Assembly (NCBI GenBank): GCA_050230475.1
Contig: JBFLGF010000161.1
Location: 1 to 64,000 of the forward strand
Reading direction: 5' to 3'
Length of the DNA: 64,000 nt
Origin: Ancylonema sp.
Taxonomy: Eukaryota
The notes under the pieces were generated by a model, which saw nothing but the letters and a program-made list of their open reading frames with translations, was not told the DNA's origin and ran no database searches. Within the stretch, counting starts at the first letter, position 1; every line of letters begins with the position of its first letter. Shown one piece after another: positions 29,237-42,500 of this stretch. Both the position numbers and the translations under genes were made by a program.

Positions 29237-30119
29237 CTTCAGTCATCGTGCTGTTGGTCTTCTAGCAGAACCTTGCACGTGTAGTCACCTCTGCTTCGTC
29301 CGATTCTCACGTCGGGGTATGTGTCGTACGATGATCGCCCCCCCAATTGCATGGAGTTCCGGTGAGTCCCGGTTGCACTACCTGAAATTTACCGATACCG
29401 CCTGAAAGCAACTTCAAACAGACAGACACGAGTTCGACTCGGTCCCGTGTCCACGTGACTCCCAGCCTGGGTCTGGATTAAAAATCGGCTGGGCCAGCCC
29501 TTGAAGCTGCGCGATCAAAATGGGATATGATTCAGGGATGACAGGCAAAAAACCCAAAGCTGACCGCAGAGCATCTGCTATTCCGTCCAGCCTGGAATGC
29601 CCTCTGGGGAAAATGTGCGGGGCTCCATTCGAAAGCGGTTGAGAGCGGGGTGGAACAATCTGTCTGCTTTGGACGTGACATTTTCTCACTGTCAAAGGCG
29701 CCAGGCCTTTTTGCCTTCGCCTTTGCCGCTGTATCGAGGTTGAGTTTCATGGCTGCCCAGGGTTAAAGAATTGGTATTTCTGTCACCGGGTCAATTCTTT
29801 GACTTTTGCTCTGCCACTCATCATCTGACACGGAACACCTAACCCTGGCGTCGTCATTAGGACTGGCTTACAAAAGAATATGAAGCGGATACATCCCAAG
29901 TAGTCGCCTCGAACGCTTGTTTTCAGGGCCTGTCAGAAGGTAGTGGCGGTGGCCTGCCACACTGGGCACCTTCGTAATATGGCGTCTGCATTGCTGAGAG
30001 CGAAGACGAAACACCCACGGTCGTAAACAGAAGATGATTGTGCGATGTAAAATGAATTTCTTCAGCTGAAGGCAGTCTCACCTTGTTTTAGATTTAGCAC
30101 GCAATATATCACAAGCAAA

Positions 30120-33100
30120 ATGTCGCGGATGCCAGTGATACCTATTCACAATTTTGAGCAACATGCCAGGAAATTCGTGGAGGTGGAAGCCAGTAAGACT
30201 TTCAGCTGACTCTAGGGCTGGGGCAAGGGTAGCCTGTGCGATGGGTATGACCAGTCGAAGGAATTATGGGGACGTTGTGTATGGATCGTAACGATCTGTG
30301 TTTGATACGGCATCTGCAGCTGTTGCGACGCGTAATCATTGACCGGCATATCGTTTAGCGCAAAATGTAATCGCTGTAAGTTAGAGTCACTCAAGTGTTG
30401 GAGAAGTCCTCTGGGAGTGTCCTCTTCCAGGGCCCGGCACCAGGGCCCCGGCATCAATTACTCACTGTGTCCGTATACAGTTCATGGACGTAATACTACA
30501 ATACATAATACGCAATATTATATTTTCTTATCACTGTTCACGGAGACCATCAATGTGAGATAGTCGGCCCTTATATTATTATAATTAAATATAAACCAAT
30601 CATCATTATATGGACCATATTCTGATGTGCTTCACTCGATCTTGAAGTACCTGACTTTCCATCTTAGCCACACCACCTACCACTGATCTCTTGTCCCCTC
30701 TTCCTAGTACTTCTGCCGACCATTTTTGCCTCCTCTGAATTATCTTTCTCTGCCCTCAGTGTGCCTCCATTCCGAATCCCAGACCTGACTTGTATAGGCA
30801 GGCCCGCAAAAGTATCCCCTATTGTGGCCATGACGTTCGATTCGTAAATAAATGAATATGATCATGCACTCTCTCGCTCTACTGCACACCTACCCCTCAC
30901 TGCACCTCACCTCCTCACCCCACCCCCCCCATGGCCTCCCCCCCACCCCAGCCGTGGCAGTGCGGCTCCAGCTGGCACAGGAGGTGCGGGACAGCATTGA
31001 GATTGTGCATACCCCCGAGTATGCCAACTTCCTCAACCACTTCTTCCGGACCTTCTGCGATCTGCTCAGCGTTCACACCACAGTGCAGGTGAGGCCACAC
31101 CACCCTCTTCCCAACTCAGAGGGATGCGGGACTGCAGTCCGTGGCCCCCTTTTTGCCATGTAACAGATGGGACATTCTTTTTAGAGAAGCGATGTGGCAT
31201 CGTAAGAACGGCGCAGCTATCCGGGACCACAGAGCACCTTCAGCTCTGAGCTTCGTGGTTGTTTCGATGTTTCTTGTTTGTATCAGTCCTTTGTTCATTC
31301 GTTTTCGTTTTCAGTCTTTTTTTTTGGTTCTTTGTCAATTAATATTTCCATTCGTTTCTTTTTCTTGTTCCTTGTTCCTTGTTCCTTATTACGTGGTGAT
31401 GATTATTTGTCCCGGTTTTTTCAAAGAAAAGATCCTCTTCTTTCTCCCTCCAGATGACGGACAACCCGGAGAACAAGCTGCGCTTCCTCATCCTCGAGAT
31501 CCTGAACCGCTTCCCCACCAACGAAACCCTCCGCACCTACGTCCATGACCTGGCCCAGCTGTCCATGCTGGTTCTGGGGCAGGACAACGAGGACAACTCC
31601 ATCGTCGCCCTCCGCATCATCTTCGACCTCCACAAGGCCTACCGCCCCATGCTCGAGCCTGAAGTGCAGCCTTTCCTCGACTTTGTTCGCCTGGTCAGTG
31701 CCCCCCCAACCCCCCCATCCAGCATCCCTTCCATTCTCTTCACCCCTCCCCTCCCCCTCCCCCACCTCTTTCCTCCCTCTCTACCTGCTCCTCCTACCCC
31801 CCAGATCTACGGAAGCTTCCGCGACACCGTCCGCTACTTTTTCGAGGAGCACACGGAAGTGACTGCCAAAGTAGAGGTCCCCCAAATCAGCGGTCTCCCC
31901 TTCCTCAACAGCCGCCCTTCTGGGCACAGCGGCCCCATCCACGGCCAGCTCAACCGCAGCCAGCGCTCGTTCAAAGTGCTCACCGAGTGCCCCCTCATCA
32001 TCATGTACCTCTTCCAGCTGTACCAGAGGATCCAGGGACCCACCATCCCCCACCTCCTGCCCCTCATGCTCAGCGCCATCTCCCTACCGGGCCCCTCCCC
32101 AACCCAAGTGCCGCTGCACCTCAAGCAGGCGCTCAACGATTTCAAGGGGGCTCAAGTGAAGGTAAGGGTACAAGGACATCTGCCCCATTCTGCCCCTTTT
32201 CGCCCTTACTTCTGCCCTCTTCTGCCTCTTCTTTCGCAGACTGTGTCGTTCCTCACGTACCTCCTAAAGCAGTATGCGGACATCATCCGTCCGCACGAGG
32301 ACAACATTGCCAAGAGCATCGTGAACCTCATGGTCACCTGCCCAGATAACACCTCCATCAGAAAGGTACAGCTCCCCTCTGCTCATGGCTGCCGTTCCCC
32401 CCCCCCCTTGCTGACGTGGCGAGACGGGATTGGCAGGAACTTCTGGTGGCCACTCGGCACGTGCTGGCCACCGACTTCAAGCGCGGGTTCTTCGCACACA
32501 TGGACACGCTACTGGACGATAGGTACGTGTGTATGTATAGCTGTGTGTAAGGATGTGTGTTCCGTTGATTGTGTACATATACATACATGTATAGATGTAT
32601 GTATACCTGTAAATTTGGACGTACGTGTGATTGTCAGCCCATGTGGATGTCTGTATGTCTGTACGTATGTATGTATGTCTGTATGTATGTATGTATGGAT
32701 GTGAGGATTTGTGTGTACGTAGGATATATGTCATATGCAAGTATGATGTATTTTAACATATATTTGCAGGTGCATGTATACAATGTCCTTTCATATCTAT
32801 ATTTACGTATCCTTGCATCTATTCGTATCATACATTTACACTGTATGTATAGACACGCACATAAGTATGTTTGTTCATTCAATGTAGTTTACGCGCATAC
32901 ATGAATGCACATACATCTACACAATACTTGCATGTACCTTAACACAGACATACACAATTCTATGTACATACCTGAAGGTGGATGTACATGCACACACTCA
33001 CATGTGTATGTACATTCATGTAAAGCATATATACATTTATATATATAGATATCTATATATATATGTACATATATAGATATACACATATACACATATAGAT

Positions 33101-33374
33101 ATATATAGATATATATGTATATAGATATATATATATACATATATATAGATATGTATATATATATATGTATACATGTATATACATATATAAAAATACACAT
33201 ATATGTATATATGCATGTATTTTTATATGTATATCTATATATATATGTGTATACGTGTATATATATATATATATGTGTGTGAATATATGTATATACAAAT
33301 ACATATATATGTATATATGTATCTATATATACATACATGTATGTGTATATACATATACATATAGAGATATATAC

Positions 33375-33408
<34 letters not shown>

Positions 33409-33486
33409 GTATGTAGATATAGATATATATATATATATAGATATATATACATATATATATATATGTATATATATATTTATATATAG

Positions 33487-33521
<35 letters not shown>

Positions 33522-36500
33522 CAAACATATGTATATATGAATGTGTATTTACATGTACCTTCATGGAGCCTGTGTGGCTGTGAGTGAGGCTGAGTGGGGG
33601 TCTTTTTTTTTGTGGCAGAGTGCTGGTGGGCAGCGGGCGCGCCTGCTTCGAGACCCTGCGCCCCTTGGCCTACAGCCTGCTGGCAGAGCTCATCCACCAC
33701 GTGCGACTGGAGCTCACCTCCACCATGGTAACAAAACATCCATCACTGCTGCGGGAGGGTGACGTGGCCAATGAAGGGGGAGGGTGACGTGGCACTCTGG
33801 GATTGGGTGTGGGGGTCCCACAGCTGTCGCGCATCGTGTACATGTTTTCTAAGAACGTCCACGACCCCTCCCTCCCCATCAGCATCCAGACAACCTGCGT
33901 ACGCCTCATGCTGAATCTGGTGAGGAGATCACCCCAGAAATGAGGAGAGGGGGGGGGGGAGTGGGGCGTGAGAAGGGGCGTGTTTCTGGTTTTCTTTTTT
34001 TTTCAGGTGGAGACGATTTTCGCGCGCAGGGTGGAGGATCAGAACAAGGAAGAGGGGAGGGCGATGCTGGTAAGCCTTCCGCTTTCGGGGGGGGTCTGAG
34101 CCTGTGCTCCCATCCTCATGTTTCGGAACACTGGTCTGACATGCCAGGGGCGTATTCTGGATGCCTATGTGAGCAAGTTTGGGAGCTTGAAGAAGCTCAT
34201 TCCCTTGGTAAGGAGCAGGCGAGGGGGGGGGTGGGGAGGGAAATGAGACTCATGGGTGTGGGATGGGAGGGGTGGGGAGCAGCTGGTAGAGGAAGGGGAG
34301 TCAGCGGGGATGGAGGGGAAGAGAAGCAGGAGGAGCCGCCTGGAACTGCCCGTGCAGGTCTGTGCCCCATCCCAAAAGTTGTCTCAATTCCTAGGAGAGG
34401 GATGGGGGTTGAGGAGGGGGTGGAGGGTGGGGGGGTTTTGCAGAAAGCGTGGAGCACGCAGGTTGTGCCGGAGAGGCATCGGGAGCTGGCAGACTGCAAG
34501 CAGCTCATGAAGACACTCTTTATGGGTAGGGGGGGGGGCTGGGGTGGGTGAGGAGGGTTCGGACCAGGGCATCTGATGTCATGTGTTGTCACCAATAACT
34601 TTGATTCAATGTTGAATGAGATGTGTATATATATTTGTATGTGTGTATTCAGTAGTATCTCCAAAAACATGCGGGAGAGCTATTTATAAATGTGCACAAA
34701 AGATTGGGTTTGGAACGTACGTATGCACTGGTAGGAGGGGAAGGGAAACAGATTACGCGGTCTGTACCGGTATAAATTGTAGAGCACACCACCCTCCCTC
34801 CTCTATTATTGATAATGGCAAAAGGGGCTACTTGGGGTCTTAGGCATGAAAACCCTCCTGTGGAGTATCACCAACTACAACAACCAGGCAAGTCAGGGGG
34901 GGGGGGGGGGTCCACCCGCCCCTCCCCCTTCCAAAGGCATGAGGGAGGACGAGGTGGTGCTGGCCTCTGGAGTCCTGGGCAGCGGCATCGAGTGTGTGGC
35001 TCTCTTCAAGGAGGCCATGAGCAGGGGGGAGGAGGAGGAGCTGTACTCACAGTTCGGGACGGTGCTGGCGGTGATGGAGGCGCGAAACCTGATCGACATT
35101 CTCAGCCTGTCCCTGCCCTCCCTGCTGCGCCAGATGCTGCAGCACCGACCAGTCATTCAGGTGGGGGGGGGATGGGGGGAAAGGAGGGGGCGATGAAGGG
35201 GTTCAGGTACTGATGTGGAGCTGCTGGTTGCTGGGCATGTGGCAGCTTTTTGCCACGCTGCTGCAGAATGCACGGTCTGGCAAAATGCTGGCAGAAGTCC
35301 TGTTCCACCACCTTGTGAACCACTGCCTGGATACCCTGAAGCAGCCGGAGAAGGCGGAGGCAGAACTCACTCAAAGCCTCTTCCGCCTCCTCTTCACCTC
35401 CATCCCCAAGTGGGGGGGGGATGGGGAGCGGGTGCTGCAACCGCACGTGGCGGCGATTGTGGAGGCGTGTATGAAAGCGGGGAACGAAAACGAAAACGAG
35501 GGGCCGCTGGGGTACATCCAGCTGCTGAGGAGCCTGTTCCGGTGTCTGGGGGGGGCGAAATCAGAGGCGCTGTACGCCGAGTTCCTGCCCTTCTTACAGC
35601 CCTCCCTCACCCTCTTCCTGGCCCTCCTTGACGGCCCCACCACCCCCCCCATCAAGGACCTCCTCATCGAAATCTGCCTCACCCTGCCAGCTAAACTGCA
35701 GTCCCTGCTCTCTTACCTCAGCCGACTGATGAAGCCCCTCCTGCTGGCACTCCAGGGCAATGATGACCTCATCGCCATGGCGCTGACCACGCTGGAGTAC
35801 TGGGTGGACAGCCTCACTCCCGAGTTCCTGGAACCTTCCATGGGGGCCCACATGCCCCAGCTGATGCTGCTCCTGTGGGGCCACTTGCGGCCGAAACCGT
35901 ACCCGTACGGCGCCAAAGTGGTGGTGCTGCTGGGGAAGCTGGGGGGGCGCAACCGCAGCTTCCTGAAGGACCCCATGGAGGTGGAGTACCGCGAGAACTC
36001 GGAGCACGGACTCAGGATGGTGCTCACCTTCGAGCCCCACACGGGGTTCATGGTGCCGCTGGACAAGCTCGTGTACCTGGCAGAGAAGATGGTCATGCAG
36101 CCGCACAACCAGACCCAGCCCAAGGTCAGCTCATGGGACACTACTTACCACTTAGCGGCTGCAAGAACTGGGTGGCTGAGGTGGGATGGGGGTGGGGGTG
36201 GGGATGGCAGACTCCTGGGGAGGCGAAGCTGGCCGTGCACTACCGCAAGAACGCTGTGCGCTTCCTGCAGGTGTGCCTAGTCTCGCTCCTCAATCTGGGG
36301 GGGAGGCGGCCCACCCTGGTCACTCCCGGCCAGCTCAGCACTGTCCTGCTGGGGAGCCACGACAGTGGGAGGCAGGCGGCAGATTTGGGGCAAGGCGATG
36401 GGTCTGTGGGGGTGAAAACGAAGACACAGCTGGCAGCGGAGAGCAGTATCTTCAACAAACTGCTCACTATCGTCATCGCCTCCAGCTCTGAACCCCAACT

Positions 36501-39500
36501 GTGGGACTCCCCAGACTTTGTCCCTCACCTCTGCCGCCATTTCGCGATGCTGTACCATGTAGAGGCGAACCCCATCCCGCCAGCCCCAGCCGACCGATCC
36601 TCATCCCCCCTGGGGGACAAGGCACCCCCGCCCGCCCCCACCCCGCGCTCCCCGGAAGCCAAACTCCGGACCCTAGACCCCGTGATTTTCCTGGACGCCC
36701 TGGTAACCGTCCTTGCCTCTGATAACCGGGAGCACGCCAAGGCAGCACTGTCAGGACTGCATGCCTTTGCAGACGCTCTCCTCCTACTGGCCAAGTCCAA
36801 AACCTCCTCGCTGCCGCCCACCGCCAGGGGGCTGGCAGGGCCACCCACCCCCCAGAGTGTGTCCAGCCCGTCTACCAACCCGGTGTACAGCCCCCCAGCC
36901 GGAGTGCAGGTCCCCATGCTGGAGCAGCTGCTGCCCCGCCTGCTGCACTGCTGCTACGGGCACACGTGGCAGAGGCAGATGGGGGGGGTGATGGGGCTGG
37001 GGGCGCTGGTGGGGAGGGTGCCTGTGGATACCCTCTGCATGTACCAGGTAGGGGGGTGTCAGTGTTCTCATAGTGTAGAGCTTCAGTGCTTCAGTGGGCA
37101 GGTCAGTTCTTTATACGAGTCAATACATCTGTAGTCGTATATTGATCAGCGGTTCAGTATTCTAGTACTCGAGTAGCTCAGAAATTCTGCAATCCTGTGG
37201 CTGTGTAGAATCCAATACTTGTGCGTGAGTGCACGTTAGGTGAAGACCACCCTCTCTCTCTCTCCGCCCAGGTGAAGGCCATTCGCAGCCTCCTACACGT
37301 CCTCCGCCACCTCCCCTCCCACGCCAAACGCGAGCAAGAAGAGACAGCTGGCGTGCTCACCCAGGTCCTGCGCGTTGCCAACAACGCGGACGTCATGAAC
37401 GCAGAAACCACCAAGGCCTCCTTCAACGGGGCGGTGCAGTGCCTGGCTGCGGAGCTCTTTAATCCGGGAGCCCCCCAGCTGGTGCGCAAGAACGTGCAGA
37501 GCAACCTGCAGTACTTGGGGCAGAGGATGGGCAAGGAGGTGACGGAGCTGCTGGAGAAGGTGCATGTGGAGCTGGTGCGACCGCTGCTGGCCAGGAATCT
37601 GAGGGCGAAGCAGACAGAGCTGCAGGTAACAACTCCCTCCTTCTCTTGCATTCTATTTCGAGGAAAAAACCCCAAAACCCCCTGCAGGAAAAAAACAAAA
37701 ACGAAAACCCTCTTTCTTGTCGGCTGATTATTTGGTGTTTGTGGTGCTTCTTTGGTTTTTTTTTCTGGGGGGGGGGGGGGGGGCTGCTAGGTGGGAACTG
37801 TCCTCGCCCTCAACTATTGCCTCTCCCTCCGCCCTCCATTGCTCAAACTCAGCTCCGACCTCATCACCCTCCTCCAAGAGGCGCTCAATATCGCCGAAAC
37901 CGACGAGACCATGTTGGGAGGGCGGTTCCTCACCCCCAAACAGTCCTCCCTCTTCACCCGTCTGCGCACCGCCTGCATCGAACTGCTGTGCACTGCCATG
38001 GCCTGGTCCGAGATCAAGCACACGCAGCAGCACCAGGACCTGAGGGCACGGATCATCGCCATGTTCTTTAAGAGCCTTACCTGCCGCACACCCGAAATCG
38101 TGGCAGTGGCCCGGGAGGGGCTGCGACAGGTGAGGGGCACCACCTCAACGTACCCATGTCGATACATCCACCCATGTATATATATATATATATATATATG
38201 TATATGCATATGTATATATATTCATGTATGTATACATGTCTCTATGTATGTATGTATGTATGTATGTATGTATGTATGTATGTATGTATGTATGTATGTA
38301 TGTATGTACGCAAGCATGTATGCATGTATGCATGTACGTATGTATCTATACGTGAATGTGTATGTGTGTATGTGTGTATGTGTGTATGTGTGTAGGTGTG
38401 TATATGTGTGTATGTGTGTATGTGTATTGCTTACTATGTACACTTATGTATACATAGCTAAATGTTAGATATGTGAATCCATTCGTATACATTTGTGTAT
38501 GTCTGTTTACGTACATCTATATTCATATAGCTATGTGTATGTACGTTCACTGGGGCCGTCTGATTTAACTACCCACCGATGTTGGGAGGTAATGATAGTT
38601 ATCATCCTACACCCGTCAATGAATTTTCACCCCCCCACCCCTTACCCCCAGTCCCTTCTTGCAAGTCAGCACCCAGCCCCTCCCAGTCACATGATGGTCC
38701 TACACGAGTGTTTTAGAATAGCCTTTGAACGCACTGAGCGAGAAACTGAGATCGACCACTGCAATCTCCCTATGCTGAACTAAGTGTCTGCATGCATATC
38801 CATATGCACGTGTATATGGTGCCATCTATATATATATATGCATGTACAGTAGTTTGAGCGGCGGTGGGTGCGGTTCTCAGGTCATCCGCGAGCAGAAGCT
38901 CCCCAAGGAGCTCCTCCAGAGCAGTCTGCGGCCCATCCTGGTGAACCTGGCAACGTTCAAGAACCTGAGCATGCCGCTGCTGCAGGGGCTGGCGCGCCTG
39001 CTGGAGCTGCTGTCCAACTGGTTCAACGTGACTCTGGGGGACAAGCTGAAGGACCACCTCTCCAAGTGGCTGGATCCCGCCAAGGACCTCAACGGAAGCA
39101 AGTGGAGTCCAGGGGAGGAGCCCAAAATCGCGGCTGCCATTTTGGAGCTGTTCCACCTCCTGCCCCCGGCGGCAGTGAAGTTCATGGACGACCTGGTGGT
39201 GCTGACGATGCAGCTGGAGGGGGCCCTCCCCCCCGAGGGCGTGTACAGCGAGCTCTTCTCGCCCTACCGTGTGCCGCTCACCAAGTTCCTCAACCGATAT
39301 GCGCCGCAGGCCGTAGACTACTTCCTCACCCACCTCAGGCAGCCTGCCTACCTGCGCAGGTGGGGAGGGGGGGTGCTGGGGGGTAGGTAGATGTAGGAGT
39401 CAAGGTTGAAGTCCCGAAAGATGGAAGGTGAAAGGTATAGAGTAGAGCGTGTACGTTTTCAGGTGCAGGTCGTGAAGGTGGAGGTCAGAGCTGGGTACTC

Positions 39501-42500
39501 AGATTTGAGGTTTCAAGGTCGATGTTTAGGGTTTTAATTCAAGGTTTGAGTCGGGACAGGCTGGTGAGCATGATCAAATCCGACACAGGAGCGCCCCTGC
39601 TGGAGGAGCTACAGCGATCCAGCGACACAATCATAATGGCAGCCTTCAAGCGGGACCCCCTATCTGGTAACTCCCCCCCTCCCCCCCCAGGAGACAGACA
39701 CGGGGAGAGAATTGACAGAATGGACAGGTGGGGTGTTTTTGAGGTTTTGGGTCCATGGAATTTTGGGTCATTGGGTGTTTGCATCTTGGGGCTTTGAGGT
39801 GTTGGGTTTATTGGGCATTGGGGTTTTGGGTTCAGAGGAGGGGCAGTTCGCAGGGGTGGAGTTGGTGCACACGATGGTGAAGCTCAACCCTGAGTGGCTG
39901 CCCACCCAGCCGGGGATGTTTGAGAGCTTGAGGGACCTGTGGCGCTCCCCCGGGCGGAAGGTTCGGATCGAGCACGAGCAGGAGCTGGCGCTGCGCGGCG
40001 TGAAGGAGAGCAAGCGTCTGGTGAAGTGCTTCCTGAGCTACCTGAGGACGAACAAGGGGGAGGTGGAGGTGCTGTTCGACATGCTCTCCATCTTCCTCCT
40101 CTCCACCCGCGTGGACTTCAGCTTCCTCAAGGAGTTCTTCATGATCACTCTGCCTGCCACCTACAACGAGGGGGAGAAGGCGGGGGTGCTCCTACGCGTC
40201 CTCCACCTCTTCACCACCCGCGCCATCCCCCAGGATCACAGCACTACCGCCCTGCAGCTCCTCATCCTGCCCCTCATGCAGGCCGCCATAGACCAGGGGC
40301 AGGCGGATGCCGTCATCGGAGGCCCTGAGGGGAGCACCATCCGCCTCATTGTGCTCAACATGCTGGACCCCCCTGAAGCGGTGAGCTGGAGGGGTGTGGG
40401 TACGGGTACGGGTACGGGTACGGGTACTGGTACTGGTCTGCATACGGGCATGGGCATGGTTCTGTTTACTAGCATAGGTATGGTACGGGTAGTGGGTACG
40501 GGTAGGGATACAGGTACGGGTACAGGTATGGTATGGATAAAGGGCACAGGAAGGGGGAGGGGTTGGGGTTGTGGTTGGGGGATAGCGAGGTGAAGGGGGG
40601 AGTGGTGTTTGGGGGAGCAGGTGAGTGTGGAGTATGAGGAGGCTCTGCGGATCGAGTTGCTCCAGCTGGCCACTCTGCTCATCCGATGGCTGCCCAACGA
40701 GCTGAAGCAGCACCGCAAGGAGCTGATCAAGTTCGGGTGGAACCATTTGAAGCGGGAGGAGTCGCCGGCCAAGCAGTGGGCGTTCGTCAACGTCTGCACC
40801 TTCCTGGAAGCTTACCAGGCGCCTGAGAAAATCATCCTGCAGGTAGAGGGGTGAAGTGTGGAAGCTGATGTGAGGGAAAGAGGGGAGGGGTACTTTGAAA
40901 TGTACCACATGTGATAAGAAGTGGTGAGTTATTAGCTCTGGTAAGTAGATGTGCCTAATATCTCTCGTTCGTTCCTTTCTGCACCTGATGCCAGCATCGA
41001 CCGACGTGTTTGTTCGGTAAAGGTACGAGTCGTTCAGAGGGAAAGTGATGCAGTGCGACAAGCACTCATTCATCATTTGTCGTGTCCCCTCCCTCGTCCG
41101 TACACCCATCAGGTGTTCGTGGCTCTCTTGCGCGCCTGTCAGGCAGAAAGCAGAGTCCTGGTGAAGGAAGCTCTGGACGTCCTGATGCCCGCCCTCCCCC
41201 GCCGCCTGCCCAACACCGACTCCCGCATCCCCATCTGGATCCGATACACGAAAAAGATTCTGGTCGAGGAGGGCCACTCCCTCCCCCACCTCCTCCACAT
41301 CTTCCAGCTCGTCGTCCGCCACGCCGACCTCTTCTACCCCTCCCGATCCCAGTTCGTGCCCCAAATGGTGTCCTCCCTGAACCGCCTGGGCCTGCCCAGC
41401 AACTGCCCCTCCGAGCACCGCCAGCTGGCGATCGACCTCACTGGCCTCATTTTGAAGTGGGAGCAGAAAAGGGAAGCTATTGCCAGAGCCAAAGCCAGTG
41501 AAGCGGCGGCTGGCCCTACAGGAGGGGAGGTGGGGGGTGGGGGCGGGGGGGCTGGCCCTGGACAAGGGGGGGATACTCTCATGGAAGATCCCCTTGGGGT
41601 GGGGATACCCATTGGAGGGAGCCAGCCGAATGGGGAGTATGTGGGGGAGGTGCAGATGGAAGAGGTCGGGGATAACCCCCCCGGCCCTTCTCTCACTCCC
41701 GACGAGGACTTCCGTATGAACCCGCTGTCGGAGGAGCTGGTGCTCAACTTTCTGGTGCGCCTGGCGTTTGTGGTGGAGGGGAAAGACTTGAACCGGCAGG
41801 CGCTGGCCATGGTGGAGCAGGGGCTGGCGTTTTGGGGGAATGTGAAGCTGAATGTGTCATACATGGAGAGGCTGGTGAACCAGCAGCAGCAGCAGCAACA
41901 GCAGCAGCAGGCGGGGGGTGGGGGGAAGGAGAGCCTGGCGGCGCTGGGAACGGCGCTGGAGGTGATCCGGATTGGGGTGGAGAAGCAGCCCAAGCTGTTC
42001 CTGAAATACAACATCACGCAGCTGCACGCGGTACGCCCCCCCCACACAGAACTGGTCGTTGGTCGTTGGTCGTTGGTCATCGCTGAGGGGGTGGTGTGGT
42101 CCGTTCAGATGATCGAGCCGTGCCTCACCTGCCGCACGGAAGCCATCACAAGTCAGCTGTGCCGGATTATGGCCCTCACCTTTGCGGAGTACCCTTCCCC
42201 AGCCTCCCACGCGGCAGCGGTGCCTGAGGAGGTGCTGCTGCTGGAGAAGAAGGTGGAGGAGCAGCTGCTGGCGGGGCTGCAGAGGGTGGTGCATTCGGGG
42301 ACAGACATGGGTGTCAGTGCCACGCTGTTCACTGCGGTGCTCACCATCTAGCAGAGCTTGCATGAGGGGGGGCGGGTGGGGGTGCTGGACCGCCTCATGC
42401 TGCCCTGCATACGTGGAGTGCAGAGAGTGCAGGCGGATCTGCGACAGGAAAGGGCGGTGAGAACTCAAACCAGACTGGGCCAGACCCCATGTGTGACCTA

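Noticed and set aside
32477..33739. YIYI/MYVC-rich ORFs, also at 4506, 38145 and 54609
   Set aside because: Translations of intronic microsatellites
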